From the NCBI GenBank assembly GCA_963775425.1, contig CAVZJB010000005.1, positions 352,001 through 416,000 of the forward strand: DNA of 64,000 nt, written 5' to 3'. Source of the stretch: an uncultured delta proteobacterium. GTDB taxonomy: Bacteria; Myxococcota; UBA727; VGSZ01. This document shows positions 56,203 through 64,000 of this stretch, in pieces. Positions within the stretch are counted from its first letter, which is position 1, and each line of letters starts with the position of its first letter. A model generated the notes under the pieces. The model worked only from the letters and a program-made list of their open reading frames with translations, ran no database searches and was not told the DNA's origin. Made by a program: the position numbers and the translations under genes.

Positions 56203-57723
56203 TCAGCCGGGGCGCGCGCGGAAGGGATGCACCGGCTGCTCTTTGCCCTTCACCGTGATCGGCTCGAGCGCCTCCGTCGCCACCGTGTCCGGCAGCGCCT
56301 TGGCCGTGGCCTCGCTCACGACGACCTCGCCGGCCTTGGCCTGGCTCGTCAGGCGCGCGGAGAGGTTCACCGTGTCGCCGATGACCGTGTACTCCATCTG
56401 CCGCGCGGACCCGACGTTGCCGCAGACCATCGGACCCGTGGCGACGCCCACGCCGACCTTGAGCGCGCCGATCTCGGGGAACGCTCCCTCGGCGTTCATC
56501 TTCGCCACCTCGTCCTGCAGCGCGAGCGCGCAACGGGTGGCGCGCTCGGCGTGGTCCGGTTGATCGACGGGCCCGTTGAACACGACGACGACGGCGTCGC
56601 CGACGAACTTGTTGAGGTATCCGCCCTGCGTGTCGATCACCGGAACCACGCGGGCGAAGTAACGGTTGAGGAGGTCCACCACTTGCGCCGGCGAGAGCTT
56701 CTCGCTCATCGACGTGAAGCCGCGGATGTCGGCGAAGAACACGCTCGCGTCACGCAAGGACGGCGGCAGCGCGGCGTCGCCGTGTTGCGCACGGATGCGC
56801 TCGAGGACCTGCTGCGAGACATAGACGCCGAAGGCGCGCTCCATCCGCTCGGCGAGCGTGAGCGCCTCGAGCATGGCGTTGAAGCGCCGGGTCATGTCCA
56901 GGAGCTCCTTGGAGCCGCCCTCCTCCACACGCACGTCGCGGGCGCCGTTGGCGACCTCGTCGAAGGCGAGCGAGAGCGGGTGGATGCGCTCCATGACGGC
57001 GGCCGCGAGCTTGCCGGTGGCCGACCACAGCGCGGGCAGCGCGAGGACCAGCGTGAAGCCCAGCGTGACGACGACGACGAGGCCGGGGTGCTCGAGGAGC
57101 TGGTGCGCGCGCCGCTCGATCTCCTCGGGGGACAGCGGCGTGCCCTCGAGGCGGAGGTTCGGGTGCACGCCGCCGGCCGCGACGCGGGCCACGGTCTCCA
57201 CCGCGAGCGCCGACACGCCGGCGGCGAGCGCGAGCAGGAGCAGGAGCAGGGAGAGCACCGCGAGCTGCACGCGGCGCGCGAAGCCGGGCACGAGCGCGCT
57301 GATGACGACGTCGATGATCACCACCGGCAGGGTCCCCGCCACCGCGCCGAACCACCACAGCCCGCCCATGGCGCCGGCCGCGACGGTCCAGTCGGTGAAC
57401 CCCAGGAACGAGGGGAGCGACGTCAGGAGCGCGCCCGCGGTGACGAGGAGGACGAGGCCCACGGGGCCGAGCAGGAGGGCCGCTGCGAGGCGCAGGGCGA
57501 CGGAGCGCGGGGCGAGCGCGAGATAGACGCGCGCCTCCGCGCGCGACGCGAGCACGCATGCGGCCACGGCGGCGGCGGCGGAGGACAGGTCGGCGAGGGT
57601 CTTGAGCGCGGCGGCGTCGACGGAGGCGTGCACGGCGTTCAGCACGAGGGCGGCGGCGAACGCGAAGGCCGTCCAGCGCGGCCACTTGGGGAGGGGGCGG
57701 GTGGCGGGGGTGAGGACGCGCAT
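56203..57723 (-). CDS. Membrane class III adenylate/guanylate cyclase with HAMP domain
   Basis: FFADIRGFT, NKFVGDAV, GVATG, YTVIGDTVNLSARL. The Lys/Thr specificity residues suggest ATP. Multi-TM N-terminus. Confidence 0.92.
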   Translation of the reverse strand: MRVLTPATRPLPKWPRWTAFAFAAALVLNAVHASVDAAALKTLADLSSAAAAVAACVLASRAEARVYLALAPRSVALRLAAALLLGPVGLVLLVTAGALLTSLPSFLGFTDWTVAAGAMGGLWWFGAVAGTLPVVIIDVVISALVPGFARRVQLAVLSLLLLLLALAAGVSALAVETVARVAAGGVHPNLRLEGTPLSPEEIERRAHQLLEHPGLVVVVTLGFTLVLALPALWSATGKLAAAVMERIHPLSLAFDEVANGARDVRVEEGGSKELLDMTRRFNAMLEALTLAERMERAFGVYVSQQVLERIRAQHGDAALPPSLRDASVFFADIRGFTSMSEKLSPAQVVDLLNRYFARVVPVIDTQGGYLNKFVGDAVVVVFNGPVDQPDHAERATRCALALQDEVAKMNAEGAFPEIGALKVGVGVATGPMVCGNVGSARQMEYTVIGDTVNLSARLTSQAKAGEVVVSEATAKALPDTVATEALEPITVKGKEQPVHPFRARPG

Positions 57724-57780
57724 GGCCCGACGCTAGCGCGCGTCACGTTTGGATGCGCGGGAGTGCGCTAGGGTCGGCCC

Positions 57781-58773
57781 GTGAAGATCGACGTGCACAC
57801 GCATTTGTTGCCGCGAGACATCCCGCGCTGGGCCGAGAAATTCGGCAGCGGGGGCTTCATCACGCTCGAGCACATCCCGGGGACCTGCCGCGCGCGCATG
57901 ATGCGCGACGACGGCACCTTCTTCCGCGAGATCGAGGACAACTGTTGGGACGCGGACGCGCGCCTGCGGGACTGCGACAGGGACGGCGTCGACGTGCAGG
58001 TGCTGTCGACGGTGCCGGTGATGTTTTCGTATTGGGCCAAGCCCGCCCACGGCAACGACGTCGCCCGCTTCTTGAACGATCACCTCGCCGACTTTTGCCG
58101 CAAGCACCCGGCGCGCTTCGTGGGGCTCGGCACGCTGCCGCTGCAGGACCCGGCGCTCGCCGTCGTCGAGCTCGAGCGCTGCGTGAAGGTGCTCGGGCTC
58201 AAGGGCGTGCAGGTGGGCTCCCACGTCGAGGATTGGAACCTCAGCGACCCCGCGCTCTTCCCGGTGTTCGCCGCCGCCGAGCGCCTGGGCGCCGCGGTGT
58301 TCGTGCACCCGTGGGACATGATGGGCATGAAGCGCATGCAGAGGTACTGGCTGCCGTGGCTCGTGGGCATGCCGGCCGAGTCGAGCCTCGCCATCTGCTC
58401 GATGATCTTCGGTGGCGTCTTCGAGCGGCTGCCGGCCCTGCGCGTGTTGTTCGCGCACGGCGGCGGCTCGTTCGCCGGCACCGTCGGCCGCATCCAGCAC
58501 GGCTTCGACTGCCGCCCCGACCTCGTCGCCGTCGACAATGCAAAGCCGCCGCGCGACTACCTGGGCCGCTTCTACGTCGACTCGCTCGTGCACGACGCCG
58601 CCGCGCTGCGCTTCATCCTCGAGGTGTTCGGCGAGGACTTCGTGTGCCTCGGCAGCGACTACCCGTTCCCCCTCGGCGAGGCGCACCCCGGCGCGCTCGT
58701 CGAGGGCGTCGCCGCCCTGCCGCGCGCGAAGCTGCTGGCTGAAAACGCACGGCGTTGGTTGGCGCTGATATAG
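57781..58773 (+). CDS. 2-amino-3-carboxymuconate-6-semialdehyde decarboxylase (ACMSD)-like amidohydrolase
   Basis: IDVHTH, VLSTVPVMFSYWAK, FVHPWDM, WLPWLVGMPAE, AHGGGSF, LGSDYPFPLGE. Confidence 0.88.
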   Translation: MKIDVHTHLLPRDIPRWAEKFGSGGFITLEHIPGTCRARMMRDDGTFFREIEDNCWDADARLRDCDRDGVDVQVLSTVPVMFSYWAKPAHGNDVARFLNDHLADFCRKHPARFVGLGTLPLQDPALAVVELERCVKVLGLKGVQVGSHVEDWNLSDPALFPVFAAAERLGAAVFVHPWDMMGMKRMQRYWLPWLVGMPAESSLAICSMIFGGVFERLPALRVLFAHGGGSFAGTVGRIQHGFDCRPDLVAVDNAKPPRDYLGRFYVDSLVHDAAALRFILEVFGEDFVCLGSDYPFPLGEAHPGALVEGVAALPRAKLLAENARRWLALI

Positions 58774-58781
58774 TTGGTGCC

Positions 58782-59312
58782 ATGAACATCCTGGTCATCG
58801 CCGCCGTTCTCGCAGCGGGCGCGCCGGCAGCGGACGACTTCATCACCAGGGCGAAGGGGAAGATCGCCATCTCCACCGAGGACCTGCCCACCGCGGCTGC
58901 GGACATGGAGCGGCTCCTCAAGCCGGCGGTGCACAAGACCAGCCCGTACCGCGTGGAGGGGGACAACTCCTGGTCGGTGAACCTCGTCGCCGTGCTCAAG
59001 AAAGAGGCCCGCGGCGCGGTGCACGTCGTCTTCTATGACAAGGACGACAAGGCGGCGCTCCACAAGCACGCGCCGGTGCGCGCCATCGAGGTCAACCCGG
59101 CCGCGCACAACAAGCTGCTGCAGGTGCCGCAGATCGAATTCAACGCCGACCAGGGCTTCGTCCCCGGCAAGACGTACATCGTGCGGGTCACGGAGCTCGA
59201 CCACAATCACGAGGTCGTCCTCGCCGAGACCTTGTTGACGCTCACCAAGGCCAAGCACGCCGCCGCCGCCACGCCGAAAGACAGCGGCGACGACGACGAC
59301 TTCCCGCAGTAG
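58782..59312 (+). CDS. Secreted hypothetical protein
   Basis: Signal peptide MNILVIAAVLAAGAPAA; coding-like codon use; acidic tail. Confidence 0.7.
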   Translation: MNILVIAAVLAAGAPAADDFITRAKGKIAISTEDLPTAAADMERLLKPAVHKTSPYRVEGDNSWSVNLVAVLKKEARGAVHVVFYDKDDKAALHKHAPVRAIEVNPAAHNKLLQVPQIEFNADQGFVPGKTYIVRVTELDHNHEVVLAETLLTLTKAKHAAAATPKDSGDDDDFPQ

Positions 59313-59429
59313 GCGGCGCCACCGCGCACACGCCGCCGGCAGCGCGCGGCGGTCCGCCGGGCTGTCGCGCCGATCGCCCGCGCTGGCATGAGCGGTGCTT
59401 CTCTTCCTCCTCGTGCGTCGGAGGCACCC

Positions 59430-59891
59430 ATGAGGAAGAGCCGTTTCACCCTCGACGGCGCGCTGTGGTTGGCGCAGTGCGTGGTCGCCTTCACCTACTT
59501 CTGGGTCGGCGCGGTGCGCCTGATGACCCCGATCACCGCGCTCGAGCCGCGCATCGGCTGGGTGCGCGATCTCGCAGCGCAGACCCCGCTGCGCGTCGTG
59601 GGGAGCCTCGAGCTCCTGCTCGCGCTCGGCGTGCTCATTCCGGCGATGACGCGCTTTCAACCGGTGATCACGCCCATCTGTGCCGGCTTGCTCGCCGTCC
59701 TGGCCGCCGTCTCCGCGATGGTGCACGGCTTCGAGGGCGAGTGGGTGCGCGTGGGGACGTCGTCCGCGCTGTGCCTGCTCTCGGTGTTCGTCGCCTGGGG
59801 CCGCGGCTTCGCCGTGCAGATCCCCAAGCGGCCGCCGGGCGCGGTGAGCGACGAGGACAACCTCATCCCCGCGCCCGGCCTGCAGGGGTGA
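59430..59891 (+). CDS. DoxX family membrane protein
   Basis: ALWLAQ, VGSLELLLALGVLIP, VFVAWGR. ATG after GGAGG. Confidence 0.8.
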   Translation: MRKSRFTLDGALWLAQCVVAFTYFWVGAVRLMTPITALEPRIGWVRDLAAQTPLRVVGSLELLLALGVLIPAMTRFQPVITPICAGLLAVLAAVSAMVHGFEGEWVRVGTSSALCLLSVFVAWGRGFAVQIPKRPPGAVSDEDNLIPAPGLQG

Positions 59892-60386
59892 GCCCGCACA
59901 AAGCTCGGCCTTCTGATTGAGGCCGAGGCAGCGATCAGCGCCGTGCGTGCCTCGGCCTCGTAGTCGGGCCCGGGCGAGTCAGGCACGCCAAGGCCGCGGT
60001 CAATGAGCAGGCATTCGCGGTGTCAATGCGCGTCGAGCGCTGCGCCACCGACGAGGATGCGCCGCCGTGCGGGGAAAGCGCGGCGACGCGTGCCCATCCG
60101 CGCGGCCGTCGTCGCGGCGTCGTCGCGGCGCCGCGTTCTTCGTCCGCCGCCGCGTGCAAGCAGCCTTGCGCCGTGCCTGACGCGGATGAGTAGCTCTCCC
60201 CAGGCAAATCGAATTCGTCGCGTGAGCGCTCGCATGGGGCGGAATTGGATTCGCATGCGCGTGCCGATCTTCTAGGGTCCGCCCTCCCGCATGGGGCCCA
60301 ACGCCACACCGGCGGCGGGCCGCGGGGCAGGGGACTCCATGGGTGCTGCGCTCCTCATCTTCGCGCTCTCGAGCGGTGTCGCCGCC

Positions 60387-64000
<3,614 letters not shown>

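Noticed and set aside
57781-58773. ACMSD without neighbouring kynurenine-pathway genes
   Set aside because: These genes are often dispersed; nothing unusual can be supported.
60003-60309. Short ORFs in the intergenic region before the surface-protein gene
   Set aside because: Arg-rich, no RBS or motif, and mutually overlapping on both strands.

Overview
High-GC bacterial DNA that looks like Myxococcota or a related lineage (MYXO-CTERM proteins, myxobacterial Cys-rich CGDG/CDDGN repeats, (GE)n lipoprotein linker). It holds about 50 credible genes. I see no rRNA, tRNA or CRISPR array. Most genes are housekeeping: split transketolase, tcdA, tatD, plsC, a polyphosphate cluster (sixA-ppk1 / ppx-CHAD), a K+/H+ antiporter, ileS, msrA, an M1 aminopeptidase, an adenylate cyclase and ACMSD. 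Four regions stand out. (1) 83-6019 is a compact carrier-protein biosynthetic operon: a non-canonical KAS III, an unknown ~570-aa His-rich domain fused to an adenylating enzyme, an amidohydrolase, an ACP and a GNAT. It may build an N-N-bond product. (2) 35963-43302 is an operon with a SycD/LcrH-like TPR chaperone, an atypical PP2C protein and a 1427-aa protein joining a CCA/poly(A)-polymerase-like head, a nucleoside phosphorylase and a minimal nucleotidyltransferase. It is a candidate effector or defence locus. (3) The type-2 IleRS carries an insert before KMSKR that resembles the LeuRS leucine-specific domain, and it is split by a frameshift in a C7 run. (4) A sharp head-to-head junction at ~60690 breaks two paralogous surface-protein frames (inversion, deletion or misassembly). 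All family calls come from motifs read by eye; no database search was run.
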